Source of the DNA: a virus
Taxonomy: Duplodnaviria; Caudoviricetes
Virus record (IMG/VR): IMGVR_UViG_3300012953_000053
Coordinates: 1-45,432 of that record
DNA length: 45,432 nucleotides
Reading direction: 5' to 3' (one strand)
Of the stretch, positions 1-8,418 are shown one piece after another. The position numbers and the translations under genes are program-made. How positions within the stretch are numbered: the first letter of the stretch is position 1; each line of letters opens with the position of its first letter. Under the pieces are notes generated by a model, which worked only from the letters and a program-made list of their open reading frames with translations, searched no databases and had not been told where the DNA came from.

Positions 1-18
1 AGACGATATAACCCTTCT

Positions 19-366
19 TTAAGATCTTTCGCTTTCAATATCTTTTATCCTGTTGAATATATCTCGACTAGGATCTTGTCCATCAATATCATAATCAAGA
101 TAAGCAGCAAAAAAGGCTGCATAATTAATGAGATCTACTGCCGAATCATGAAGTGATTCGAAGTTCTCTACGTATTGTTCATCATCTCGCATAGCATCTA
201 ATACTGAGTGCATGCGATTGACTTTGCCAGTCATAATATCTAAAATGGTTTGAGCACCATTTGGATAATAGTCTGCTTGTTTAATCCTAGATTTAGGATT
301 TTGATAATCATTGCCTTTGCTAACGATTAAGTCAGCGGCATTTTTAAGTATTTGTATTGGTTTCAT
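19..366 (-). CDS. Nmad1/DUF1599-like small all-alpha protein (nucleotide-modification-associated domain)
   Basis: 115 aa; K-x-x-DY near the N-terminus (SKGNDY) and ESLHDSAVDLINYAAF near the C-terminus, the pattern typical of this family; own promoter directly upstream. Confidence 0.6.
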   Translation of the reverse strand: MKPIQILKNAADLIVSKGNDYQNPKSRIKQADYYPNGAQTILDIMTGKVNRMHSVLDAMRDDEQYVENFESLHDSAVDLINYAAFFAAYLDYDIDGQDPSRDIFNRIKDIESERS

Positions 367-373
367 AATGTAT

Positions 374-402
374 ATTATACCATAGTTTTGATGAAAAGTA
401 AA
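374..402 (-). promoter_or_regulatory. T4-type early (sigma70) promoter; leaderless transcript likely
   Basis: minus strand gggTTTACT-17 bp-TATAAT with TGG extension; ATG at 366 lies 7 nt after the -10 box. Confidence 0.8.
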
Positions 403-405
403 CCC

Positions 406-1362
406 CTAATATTTCTCAAGTACTGTACCTGTTTGATATAAGGGAATCTGTTTGGCTTCTGGCCATTGTTTAGGATATGTATTCATAAAAATAGTAGCAG
501 GTAAATGCTTATGAATAAATGTCCCATAAGGTTTTACTGGAAGATGTTCCATTAGCATATCAGCTATCATCTTGTGTAGTAAATAAGGTTTTTTGTTTTG
601 TGTTGGATCTTTAATAAGAGTAATAAATTTTCCACCAGGTTTTAATTTCTCTATAGCAGCTGAATAGATTTGTAATATAGTATCCCAGTAAACTTGTCCC
701 TTTAGAACTCCAACGTTTTTATCTTTCTGGTATTGGATAGTTGCACCTTGATTTCTAGAGGTATATCCTCTCTCTGGAGCATCTGATTGTCCTCCACCTA
801 ATACTGGATAAGGTGTTCCGTTAATAACCATATCAAATTGTTGATCTCCTACATGTTCATGCAGATCTCTAGCATCACCAGTTATTATTCTTCCTTCACC
901 TAAAGGAACTAAACTTCCAATCTTATCAGCACGATCATATTGTGTTTGTATTGTTCTATTAGTAATCTCTGAGAATTCTAATTCTATTCCTATAGCGTTT
1001 CTTCCGTGATTAATAGATTCTACAACCGCTGTTCCTGTACCAACTGTTGGATCTAAAACCCAATCTCCGTACTCAGTAAAGTTTTGAACTGCCCATCTAT
1101 ATCCAGACCAATGTCCAGGACATATATGCTTATCGAATCCACCTTCTGGTTTTACATCTGGGAAATAATATTGTGATCTCGTGCTTTGAGTGTAGTATTG
1201 ATCTGTGGGTGTATGAAATAATTCTCCTAACCATTCACCTATAATAACATCTTTACCATGGTAATCCTCAGGTATCTCAGGCCTGTCAAATATCATTGCT
1301 GTACGTACGTCAGACGCAGCGAATTTTTTTATTGTATCGTGTTTTGGTTGGGGTTTTGACAT
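406..1362 (-). CDS. SAM-dependent amino-methyltransferase (N4/N6 DNA methylase-like) with atypical catalytic motif
   Basis: motif I VLDPTVGTGT, then GIELE, GDAR, and motif IV-like DMVINGTPYP in place of (D/N/S)PPY; LKPGG downstream. Confidence 0.75.
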   Translation of the reverse strand: MSKPQPKHDTIKKFAASDVRTAMIFDRPEIPEDYHGKDVIIGEWLGELFHTPTDQYYTQSTRSQYYFPDVKPEGGFDKHICPGHWSGYRWAVQNFTEYGDWVLDPTVGTGTAVVESINHGRNAIGIELEFSEITNRTIQTQYDRADKIGSLVPLGEGRIITGDARDLHEHVGDQQFDMVINGTPYPVLGGGQSDAPERGYTSRNQGATIQYQKDKNVGVLKGQVYWDTILQIYSAAIEKLKPGGKFITLIKDPTQNKKPYLLHKMIADMLMEHLPVKPYGTFIHKHLPATIFMNTYPKQWPEAKQIPLYQTGTVLEKY

Positions 1363-1823
1363 ATCACTTCCTCGTATAATCTAGTGTCATTATTATGTGT
1401 CCAATAAGAATCAAAGGTGTAAACACCATCAGTTCTTTTAAACATAAGAACATGTTGGTATTTTGTTTTACGTGATTCTAAACGTAAAATCTGGTTGTAT
1501 TTACTTCCAATGGCATATCCATTATATGTTTTAATCTCTACTTCTACACCTTCTGGTGTAATCACATCATGGAATTTCTTTGAGTTATCTTTGTAGTTAT
1601 ATTCTTGTATAAGATAAGCTTCAGCTACTAATCCATTTTTAGCATCTGATTTAATATCTTCGAATGTTCTGTATTTCCCAGATAGGGAATTACGGCTTAC
1701 ATTACTTTGTATAACCCCTGAAGCTATTCGAGTAGACTCTTCTTCAATCCACTGTAAACTATCTTGAGTTAAAATAGATTCTTCAAAAGTTTCGTTAATG
1801 TCAATTCCAAATTTAAAATTCAT
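1329..1823 (-). CDS. hypothetical protein, possible PD-(D/E)xK nuclease fold
   Basis: 164 aa; GLVAE...HDVITPEGVEVEIKT matches E...D-x(8)-E-x-K spacing; overlaps methyltransferase start by 34 nt. Confidence 0.45.
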   Translation of the reverse strand: MNFKFGIDINETFEESILTQDSLQWIEEESTRIASGVIQSNVSRNSLSGKYRTFEDIKSDAKNGLVAEAYLIQEYNYKDNSKKFHDVITPEGVEVEIKTYNGYAIGSKYNQILRLESRKTKYQHVLMFKRTDGVYTFDSYWTHNNDTRLYEEVICQNPNQNTIQ

Positions 1824-1841
1824 AATATAATATAATAAAGC

Positions 1842-2270
1842 TTATTCTTCTGGTTGTAAACCTCTTTGTGCTAATCTTTGTCTGTTAGCCATATGTCCTT
1901 CTTGAATATCTTCTTTTGATTGGCCGTGGTATGCTACTGCATGATTTAATTCTACCATTCTTTCATTAAGATTATATTCACCATTCTCATCTTCACAATA
2001 AAAAGTTCCTAATATTCTTCCGAACTTTCCTTTACTGATTGATGTAGTCATTTTATATTTCTCTCCAACAATCAATCTATCTTTTACATATTGTGCGGCT
2101 AGCTTACCATACCATTTCTCTGTAAGATCTCTTGTTCTAGATTCTTCAGTATCGATACCATAGAATCTTACAGTTTGGTTTTTATAAGACATACCAAAAC
2201 CTAAGTCTACATCTACCTTAGCAGTATCTCCATCTACCACCTTAGTTATTGTTGCCATATATTCGTACAT
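1842..2270 (-). CDS. thermonuclease (staphylococcal nuclease-like)
   Basis: KVVDGDT, VRFYGIDTEE, KFGRILG, LNERMVELNHA motifs of the SNase family. Confidence 0.85.
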   Translation of the reverse strand: MYEYMATITKVVDGDTAKVDVDLGFGMSYKNQTVRFYGIDTEESRTRDLTEKWYGKLAAQYVKDRLIVGEKYKMTTSISKGKFGRILGTFYCEDENGEYNLNERMVELNHAVAYHGQSKEDIQEGHMANRQRLAQRGLQPEE

Positions 2271-2273
2271 GTT

Positions 2274-2795
2274 TTACCCCTTAGCTCTCATCTTTTCGGC
2301 AAACTCTTGGTTATCGAAAGAGAGCAATAATTGTAGTTGTTTTACAGGAAGTCTGTTTTCTTTATTCTTTTCCTGGATCTTTCTATCTAATACTTCCCAT
2401 AAACCAATCGTATTAGAGTCGGTATACTCGCATATAATAACTCTTTCTACTTTAGCAAATGATTCTAAATCTTCTTTAGTTAATAGAAAATTAGTTCCAG
2501 ATCTTTTTTTAGTTCTAACTTCAACAGATCTTCCATTAGGATCTTTTCCATCAGTTTTGGCTAGCTTATTATTTCTAGTTGCGTGATGATCCTCAAGAGG
2601 ATTATAATTAAGCTCAACACTTAGATATTCTTGAGCTAACCATTCACCTAAGAATTCAAGCTCTTCAGCTTTAGTAGGTTCCTTTCTAGCTCTGACTGGT
2701 GGTGTAAAGATTTTCTCTTCATGAGCTTGTTGAGCTTCATTCTTTTCTCTTCGAGCAGTCTTTCTTATTGTTGTATTCTTTTTCTTTCTTGGCAT
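2274..2795 (-). CDS. hypothetical protein with basic N-terminus, possible degenerate PD-(D/E)xK domain
   Basis: 173 aa; LGEWLA...TDGKDPNGRSVEVRT; preceded by SD (GAGGA) and a TATAAATA late promoter. Confidence 0.45.
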   Translation of the reverse strand: MPRKKKNTTIRKTARREKNEAQQAHEEKIFTPPVRARKEPTKAEELEFLGEWLAQEYLSVELNYNPLEDHHATRNNKLAKTDGKDPNGRSVEVRTKKRSGTNFLLTKEDLESFAKVERVIICEYTDSNTIGLWEVLDRKIQEKNKENRLPVKQLQLLLSFDNQEFAEKMRAKG

Positions 2796-2812
2796 AATTT
2801 ATTCCTCTAGTT

Positions 2813-3346
2813 CTATTTATAAAAGATATGTGCTTCGATTTGTACAACTCTAGTTAAATGATCTGCCCAATATGGATAGATATAGTCTGCATGATACCAT
2901 AATGCACCATCTGTTATATCGATAACACTTTCTTGTAATATTAAATCGGCTACTCTGATTGATTCTAGCCATGTAATTGAATCTTTAGGATCATCTGATT
3001 TCCCATCACAGAACCAACTAAACTGACATTGTCCTCTGACTGGGATCTGATTTCCAGACCAAGATGTTTTCCATTTCTTTGTTTGATATACTACTTCACA
3101 AACCTCGTTTGGGAATTGTAAATCGTTTACTCTATTCATAGTAACATTAGCTACTGCTATTTTACCTGAGAAAGGTTGATTGCCAGCTTCAAAATAAATA
3201 TTTTGTGCTAAACAATACCTATCTCCATTCTCATCATATCCATGTACTGGGGATGAAATAAAAAGTATAATTAAAAATACTATTAACATTGTAACTAAAT
3301 GAAATGGCACAAACCATTTCGAACTTGATTTCCATATTTTCTTCAT
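2813..3346 (-). CDS. cell wall hydrolase, SleB/Hydrolase_2 family, with N-terminal transmembrane segment
   Basis: CLAQNIYFEA, AVANVTMNRV, CEVVYQ, CQFSW, TDGALWYHA, HIFY; start moved from 3448 to ATG 3346 (AGGAG SD, TAATG coupling to upstream small ORF). Confidence 0.85.
   Translation of the reverse strand: MKKIWKSSSKWFVPFHLVTMLIVFLIILFISSPVHGYDENGDRYCLAQNIYFEAGNQPFSGKIAVANVTMNRVNDLQFPNEVCEVVYQTKKWKTSWSGNQIPVRGQCQFSWFCDGKSDDPKDSITWLESIRVADLILQESVIDITDGALWYHADYIYPYWADHLTRVVQIEAHIFYK
2814..2821 (-). promoter_or_regulatory. gp55-dependent late promoter
   Basis: TATAAATA on minus strand overlapping the hydrolase stop, upstream of 2274..2795. Confidence 0.65.
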
Positions 3347-3519
3347 TAACCTACTCCTGGGATCCAACAAACTGGATATACACACCAATATGGATTGGCG
3401 AATCCTAACATCCATAATATAAAGATCATTAGTGGTATTTGGACCCATGTTTTACCTCTTGACCATTCTCTAAACCTTATAGCATAAGGCGCTAATTTAT
3501 TTGTTAAATATTTTACCAT
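3346..3519 (-). CDS. small membrane protein (57 aa), not in ORF track
   Basis: MVKYLTNKLAPYAIRFREWSRGKTWVQIPLMIFILWMLGFANPYWCVYPVCWIPGVG; fills the gap exactly, overlapping both neighbours' stop/start codons. Confidence 0.7.
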   Translation of the reverse strand: MVKYLTNKLAPYAIRFREWSRGKTWVQIPLMIFILWMLGFANPYWCVYPVCWIPGVG

Positions 3520-3770
3520 TTTTCTGTATTCACTCCCCGTGTATTAAATGTTCCATCAGGTTTTGATTTACTATAATCATATGGAACTGATACTGCATAA
3601 GGATTTGATAATCCTTTTCCTATCCATTTAAATTTATTATAAACGGTAGAAGGATTTATATAATCAAAATACCTATCAACACACGTATTTTCTTTCTCTG
3701 CATACTCTTCACATTCTTCGTAAGTGCCATAAATTAATTGGCCATCTTGTAGTTTTGCTAATTCAATCAT
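3513..3770 (-). CDS. hypothetical protein (85 aa)
   Basis: ORF on the coding strand filling the space between tRNA and next gene; no recognisable motif. Confidence 0.6.
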   Translation of the reverse strand: MIELAKLQDGQLIYGTYEECEEYAEKENTCVDRYFDYINPSTVYNKFKWIGKGLSNPYAVSVPYDYSKSKPDGTFNTRGVNTEKW

Positions 3771-3773
3771 AAC

Positions 3774-3849
3774 TGGTGGAGCTGATAGGGATCGAACCTA
3801 CGACCTACTGGATGCAAACCAGTCGCTCTCCCAACTGAGCTACAGCCCC
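3774..3849 (-). tRNA. tRNA-Ala(UGC)
   Basis: 76-nt cloverleaf GGGGCTG...CAGCTCC-A-CCA, G3:U70 alanine identity pair, anticodon stem ACTGG/CCAGT with loop TTTGCAT, T-loop TTCGATC, encoded CCA. Confidence 0.97.
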
Positions 3850-4763
3850 TAAATATTTTTCCTAAATACAAATTCAATTGCTCTTTCCGCTTCTTTGTTT
3901 ATTGGCCTTTTTAAATACCAATTTCCTGTATCTTGATCTAAATCCCTAATTAAAAATTCTATTTCTTTTGCTGTTATTGGATAACCTTTTGTGATAGCAT
4001 TACCTGCTATAGAAACCATAAGTTGATACATTGAATAATACCAACCTTCGTTTAAAGCTTTATATTCGGTTATCTTTTTTTGATTTACAAACGGACAATC
4101 TCTGTAACCAGTCCAGGTTATATCTGTATTATTTAATTGAGATTTCCTGTGTTCCATTAACCCTTGCTTGATGGCATCGGGAAGACGATCGTAAAAGTTT
4201 TCAGATCGTACGATGTATTTGTGTCGTACCATAATTTCATCTGGGTCCATAACATCTCCTTCATGAGAGAAGATGAAGTTGAATCCATTCCTGTACTGCG
4301 ACGGAACGTAATACATCCTTGAGAGATCCTTGGTTTGGGCATCTGCTATATCTCCTATTTCTTTATTTAATGCATACCAAAAATGTTTGATATCAGCCTG
4401 ATCAACAAATTTAGTAAGAGGAAAGACAAGCCTAAACTTAGGGCTGTCAATACTACTACTTGCAGTGCTATAACAAACGTACTTATAATTTTCATATTGC
4501 TTTTCTATATCTTTTATATCACCTTGAAAGTCATCCACATCAACAATACCAAAACCACCCCAAGCGAGTACATTTTCATTGGCCCGAGTCGTGTCAGGTT
4601 TATATATAGCCGGGCTAATAAGCGGTGCATCAGCTTTCTTTTCATATTTGTTTCCTTGTGCTAATCTATATAATACTGATTCAAACTGCTCGAAGGATTC
4701 ATAATCCATTCTCTTTGCAGTTTTATTATCGTATATACTGTCAAATATCGTTAAACTTACCAT
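3849..4763 (-). CDS. archaeo-eukaryotic primase (AEP/PrimPol)-like protein with helical C-terminal domain
   Basis: R-x(3)-NV...IVDVDD (DxD motif I), YSTASS...PKFRLVFPL (motif II region), DAQTKDLSRMYYVP (motif III region). Confidence 0.7.
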   Translation of the reverse strand: MVSLTIFDSIYDNKTAKRMDYESFEQFESVLYRLAQGNKYEKKADAPLISPAIYKPDTTRANENVLAWGGFGIVDVDDFQGDIKDIEKQYENYKYVCYSTASSSIDSPKFRLVFPLTKFVDQADIKHFWYALNKEIGDIADAQTKDLSRMYYVPSQYRNGFNFIFSHEGDVMDPDEIMVRHKYIVRSENFYDRLPDAIKQGLMEHRKSQLNNTDITWTGYRDCPFVNQKKITEYKALNEGWYYSMYQLMVSIAGNAITKGYPITAKEIEFLIRDLDQDTGNWYLKRPINKEAERAIEFVFRKNI

Positions 4764-5145
4764 GGTTACCTTTGTGTGATGGTGCCTCCCAATCTTCTGG
4801 TTTAACCAGATCTGGTAGTCCTAGCGGATTAGGTCTTTCTGCTTTAACACCTACGTTTTTTCTCATGTTTGCATAAAGTACTTCGTCCCATGCTTTATAT
4901 GGATCAACTCCAAATGCATCAAGTGTACCAATAGCTACTACGCATAAATCTATAAGTCCATCTACTATTTCTTCACCGTCCATATCGATTAATGCTGTTT
5001 CAGTTTCTTCTAATTCTTCTCTTAGAAAATCTATTCTAAAATGTAGATAAGCTCTTAGCCTATCTTTATCTGAACCTTCTACCCATTTATGGACACGGTA
5101 TTTGTCTTGCATTTCATGAATATCTTTTACCCAGTTCTTGCTCAT
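4741..5145 (-). CDS. MazG-like / PRA-PH all-alpha NTP pyrophosphohydrolase
   Basis: EELEE...EEIVDGLIDL...EVLYANMRK...DLVKPEDWEAP signature. Confidence 0.85.
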   Translation of the reverse strand: MSKNWVKDIHEMQDKYRVHKWVEGSDKDRLRAYLHFRIDFLREELEETETALIDMDGEEIVDGLIDLCVVAIGTLDAFGVDPYKAWDEVLYANMRKNVGVKAERPNPLGLPDLVKPEDWEAPSHKGNHGKFNDI

Positions 5146-5429
5146 CCTGTTATAATTCCTTTTGGTGCTGTTTGTATTCCAGATCTAGCTTGTCTAAATT
5201 GATCTATTAGATCATCTATTGGATCAACAACAAACATAACATCTTGTTTTCTAATTGCGATACCATTCTTAGCATCAGTATAAGGTAAGAAAGGCATAAA
5301 CCCTATTCTACCTTCACCAGCTGGTATCATAACAATTGCATCTTTTAATGTATAACTATCTTCAGATGAATTAACTACTTCCGCAATTAATTCTTCGCCT
5401 GAAACTAATCTTATTAATTTAATTTTCAT
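5142..5429 (-). CDS. Sm-like fold protein conserved in T4-like phages
   Basis: IKLIRLVSGEELIAEV...FMPFLPY...IRKQDVMF; start at ATG 5429 preferred because 5441 lies inside the promoter -10 box. Confidence 0.6.
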   Translation of the reverse strand: MKIKLIRLVSGEELIAEVVNSSEDSYTLKDAIVMIPAGEGRIGFMPFLPYTDAKNGIAIRKQDVMFVVDPIDDLIDQFRQARSGIQTAPKGIITG

Positions 5430-5439
5430 ATTGGTCTCC

Positions 5440-5468
5440 ATTATACCACATAATCATTGATTTGTAAA
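5440..5468 (-). promoter_or_regulatory. T4-type early promoter
   Basis: gggTTTACA-17 bp-TATAAT with TGTGG extension. Confidence 0.75.
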
Positions 5469-5795
5469 CCCCCTAATTTCCTCTATCACCTTCGGTTCAA
5501 GTTCAGGATCGTTCCACATACGGTTAAGTCCGCTGGGGTGTGGAACTTTTAAATGTTCTATATTCTTCTTAGTAAAGTATTCATCTACTTCATTACCCAT
5601 AGCTATTACTTTACATCCCATTATCTTATCTAAATGGTCGGGATCTGACACATTAGTCCAGGACCAATTTATAATGCCAGCTCTATCTGACCATTTAGTT
5701 ATTCGTTTAATAGTTGGTGATTTACTAGGTGGGAAATTACCTGGCTTTGTGCCAACATAAATTACCTTTCTAAATGTAGGTATTATCTTATCCAA
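5454..5795 (-). CDS. compact uracil-DNA glycosylase superfamily protein
   Basis: VIYVGTKPG (motif A-like), KVIAMG, VPHPSGLNR (HPS motif B); likely TTG start at 5795 with GGAGG SD, overlapping polymerase stop. Confidence 0.65.
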   Translation of the reverse strand: MDKIIPTFRKVIYVGTKPGNFPPSKSPTIKRITKWSDRAGIINWSWTNVSDPDHLDKIMGCKVIAMGNEVDEYFTKKNIEHLKVPHPSGLNRMWNDPELEPKVIEEIRGFTNQ

Positions 5796-8352
5796 AGAAA
5801 TCCTCCAATGTTGATACTTGTTCTGCATTCCAACCAACTGCATCTAAAATTGGTTGAATAGCATCTATGAATGTTTTTTGAAATTGTAATTCGTAATCAA
5901 CGTAATCATGCAAACCAAATTCTTCTGGTAAGTAATCTGGGAATGCCACAACGTTTTCTTTGACTGGATTTGGGGTTGTAAGATATGTAAATTTAATCTT
6001 ATCACCATTTCTAAGGTTAGGATATTTAGTTAAATTCAATTTCTCTCTATGCCAATTATATACTAAGGAACCACGAACATGTATCGGAGTACCTTTCTTA
6101 TAGCTTTCTACTGTTTTAGTTTCCCCACCTTGGGTATTATATGTGTAGCGTTCTATAAAGCCTGTTATATTATTTACCCCTCTTGGAAAAGCTACTTCGT
6201 GCGGGGGTAAGCTAAAGAAGTGAGATTTGAATACCTTAATAGCTTCTTGTACATCTTTCTCTTCTTTGCTAATAATAACTTTAAACATTTCTATTAAAGC
6301 TTGACGGCAAGCATTTGGGGTAGATGATTTGTTAGCTTCTACACCAATTGTTTTGATCTTTGGAACTTTGAATCTAACACCTTCGTTATCCACCACGTTG
6401 AGGATATACCTTTTCTTAGCAAGGTAAATGCCTCTATCTGCGATAACTTCTCTGCCCATAACCATTGTATTCTTAATACCACCATATCTTTGGTAGATGT
6501 TTTCATAGCAATCTATGAATACATTTTCTAATTCTTTACATACGTTATCTAGGAAATCTATTGGATTCGCTGGTTTAAACTGTTCTACTAATGGACCTAA
6601 CCCAATATATAAAGAATCGGTATCGATTGCTAAGACGTAGTCTGTGTTGGTCTTAAGTAGCTTATTTAGGTAACGATTGATTGATTGTTCGCCCCATCTG
6701 ATAATGAGCTGTCCGGACAATGTGATTCCTTCGGCAATTCTTTGATCGAAGAACCTGAAATAACGATTGCCGAGAGCGCCATATAAGCTATTAAGAAGAA
6801 TCTTAATTGCCATTTGTCTATTTTCCGCATGGGATATATCTCTTTGTATTCTGTAAATTTCTTGTTTATCTTCTGGATCTGCTTTTTGTAATTCTCTTTG
6901 CGAGTCCAGCATTTGTTTCTTAACCTCTACCCTTTCACTGTACATTTCTTCTACGATCTTGGGAAGTACACCTTGTTTTTCAGTATGGAAGTATTGACCA
7001 TTAGCACATAATCCATATCCATCTTTGTATACCTTTTGCTTACCTTCTAGCATAGAATCTACATTAACATTAACCATTTCACCATTTGCTATGGTTTCAG
7101 GTGACATATTGTATTGCATGATTAGGGAAGGATATAGTGAATTAAGGTCGAAGCTAACTACGTGGTTATGTAAACCTACTTGAGGTTCTTTAACATAGCC
7201 ACCAGCATAAGTTGTTTTCTCTTGTGGATCTTTTGGGAATGGCATAATAACATTATTAGCATATAGATCACGATGTATGATTGTATCCCAAATTGCAGTA
7301 GTACCAAACACATCGTTGTAGTTAACACCGCCACGATATGCTATAGTAAGAGCAAGGGTAATTAATCCCATCTTATCTTCGAATCGATCTACCAATTCTA
7401 CATCTTTAATATTATAATCAATAAACTTTTGGTGATCGGCTTGATATAGATTATTTAATGTACCATGTTCTTCATAGGATAGTTTAGATTCCCCAAGTAC
7501 TACGTGAGCAATATGATTAAGAGAATATGATTCTTGTTGCCCATAGGCATAACCAAACTTCTTGAATACTTCCATATAATCCATTTGGGATATACCTTGG
7601 AATTCATATGTTTCATCACGGTTCATAGATTTGTAAGCTATTCTAGCTTCTCTACGTTCTACCATACCCCAAGGGGAAAGCTTTTTAATATTCTCTTCGC
7701 CAAGATCTGGACCAAATACCCTACGGATACGATTGACCAAATAAGGTATATCGAAGAACTTAGAGTTCCAACCAGTAATAATATCAGGTGTGTTTGAGGG
7801 TGTAGCCCAGTGGTTAATAAAGTCTATGAGTAATTCTTTTTCATCTGCACATTTCTTATAGACCACACGGTTAGTTTTCATGTAGGTTTTTTCTACATTG
7901 TAATCACCTAAGCCCCAAACATAATAGGTATTATCTATATTGTTCTTAAGACAAATAGCAGTTACGGTTTTTAGTGCTGGACCAGGTTCAGGGAATCCAT
8001 CATCGGATTGTACTTCTATATCGATAGATGTAACATTGATTGAGTTTCTATCGAATTCTATTTCACCTGGGAATAGATCGTTTATTAAGCAGGATTGATA
8101 TCTGGTATTACCAAAGATCTTTCTGCCTGCTACTGATTCGTTTTCTTTAACCCAATTCTTAGCATCTCTCATAGATTCGAATTGGACAGGAGCAACAGGA
8201 ACCCCAGTAAAGGATTTCCATTTGGTTGCTTTGTTTGTTCCTACATAGAGTGTAGGTTTATATTTGATTTTCTTTTGTACACGTTTGCCATTTTCTATGC
8301 CACGATAAAGTAGCATATTGCCATAACGAGATACGTTTGTATAAAAATTCAT
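5788..8352 (-). CDS. gp43: family B DNA polymerase
   Basis: ExoI DIEV, ExoII GWNSKFFDIPY, ExoIII YNIKDV, SFDLNSLYPS, KILLNSLYG, IDTDS, KKRY; T4-like C-terminal clamp-binding TLEDFF. Confidence 0.98.
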   Translation of the reverse strand: MNFYTNVSRYGNMLLYRGIENGKRVQKKIKYKPTLYVGTNKATKWKSFTGVPVAPVQFESMRDAKNWVKENESVAGRKIFGNTRYQSCLINDLFPGEIEFDRNSINVTSIDIEVQSDDGFPEPGPALKTVTAICLKNNIDNTYYVWGLGDYNVEKTYMKTNRVVYKKCADEKELLIDFINHWATPSNTPDIITGWNSKFFDIPYLVNRIRRVFGPDLGEENIKKLSPWGMVERREARIAYKSMNRDETYEFQGISQMDYMEVFKKFGYAYGQQESYSLNHIAHVVLGESKLSYEEHGTLNNLYQADHQKFIDYNIKDVELVDRFEDKMGLITLALTIAYRGGVNYNDVFGTTAIWDTIIHRDLYANNVIMPFPKDPQEKTTYAGGYVKEPQVGLHNHVVSFDLNSLYPSLIMQYNMSPETIANGEMVNVNVDSMLEGKQKVYKDGYGLCANGQYFHTEKQGVLPKIVEEMYSERVEVKKQMLDSQRELQKADPEDKQEIYRIQRDISHAENRQMAIKILLNSLYGALGNRYFRFFDQRIAEGITLSGQLIIRWGEQSINRYLNKLLKTNTDYVLAIDTDSLYIGLGPLVEQFKPANPIDFLDNVCKELENVFIDCYENIYQRYGGIKNTMVMGREVIADRGIYLAKKRYILNVVDNEGVRFKVPKIKTIGVEANKSSTPNACRQALIEMFKVIISKEEKDVQEAIKVFKSHFFSLPPHEVAFPRGVNNITGFIERYTYNTQGGETKTVESYKKGTPIHVRGSLVYNWHREKLNLTKYPNLRNGDKIKFTYLTTPNPVKENVVAFPDYLPEEFGLHDYVDYELQFQKTFIDAIQPILDAVGWNAEQVSTLEDFFG

Positions 8353-8361
8353 AATGTGTCT

Positions 8362-8390
8362 ATTATACCATAGTTCAAGTCAAATGTAAA
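8362..8390 (-). promoter_or_regulatory. T4-type early promoter of gp43
   Basis: ggggTTTACA-17 bp-TATAAT, ATG 9 nt downstream with no SD. Confidence 0.8.
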
Positions 8391-8410
8391 CCCCTAATTT
8401 CTTAGGGGTT
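8389..8410 (-). terminator. hairpin, probable intrinsic terminator overlapping the gp43 promoter -35
   Basis: AACCCCTAA-gaaa-TTAGGGGTT followed by TACATTT on minus strand. Confidence 0.55.
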
Positions 8411-8418
8411 CACTATTT

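Noticed and set aside
3347-3448. N-terminal extensions given by the ORF track (hydrolase 3448; also 5843, 12378, 26732, 37082, 38367)
   Set aside because: They overlap upstream genes; downstream starts have SDs or stop-start coupling
3774-3849. tRNA as attP/prophage boundary
   Set aside because: No integrase, no duplicated tRNA 3' end, phage genes continue on both sides
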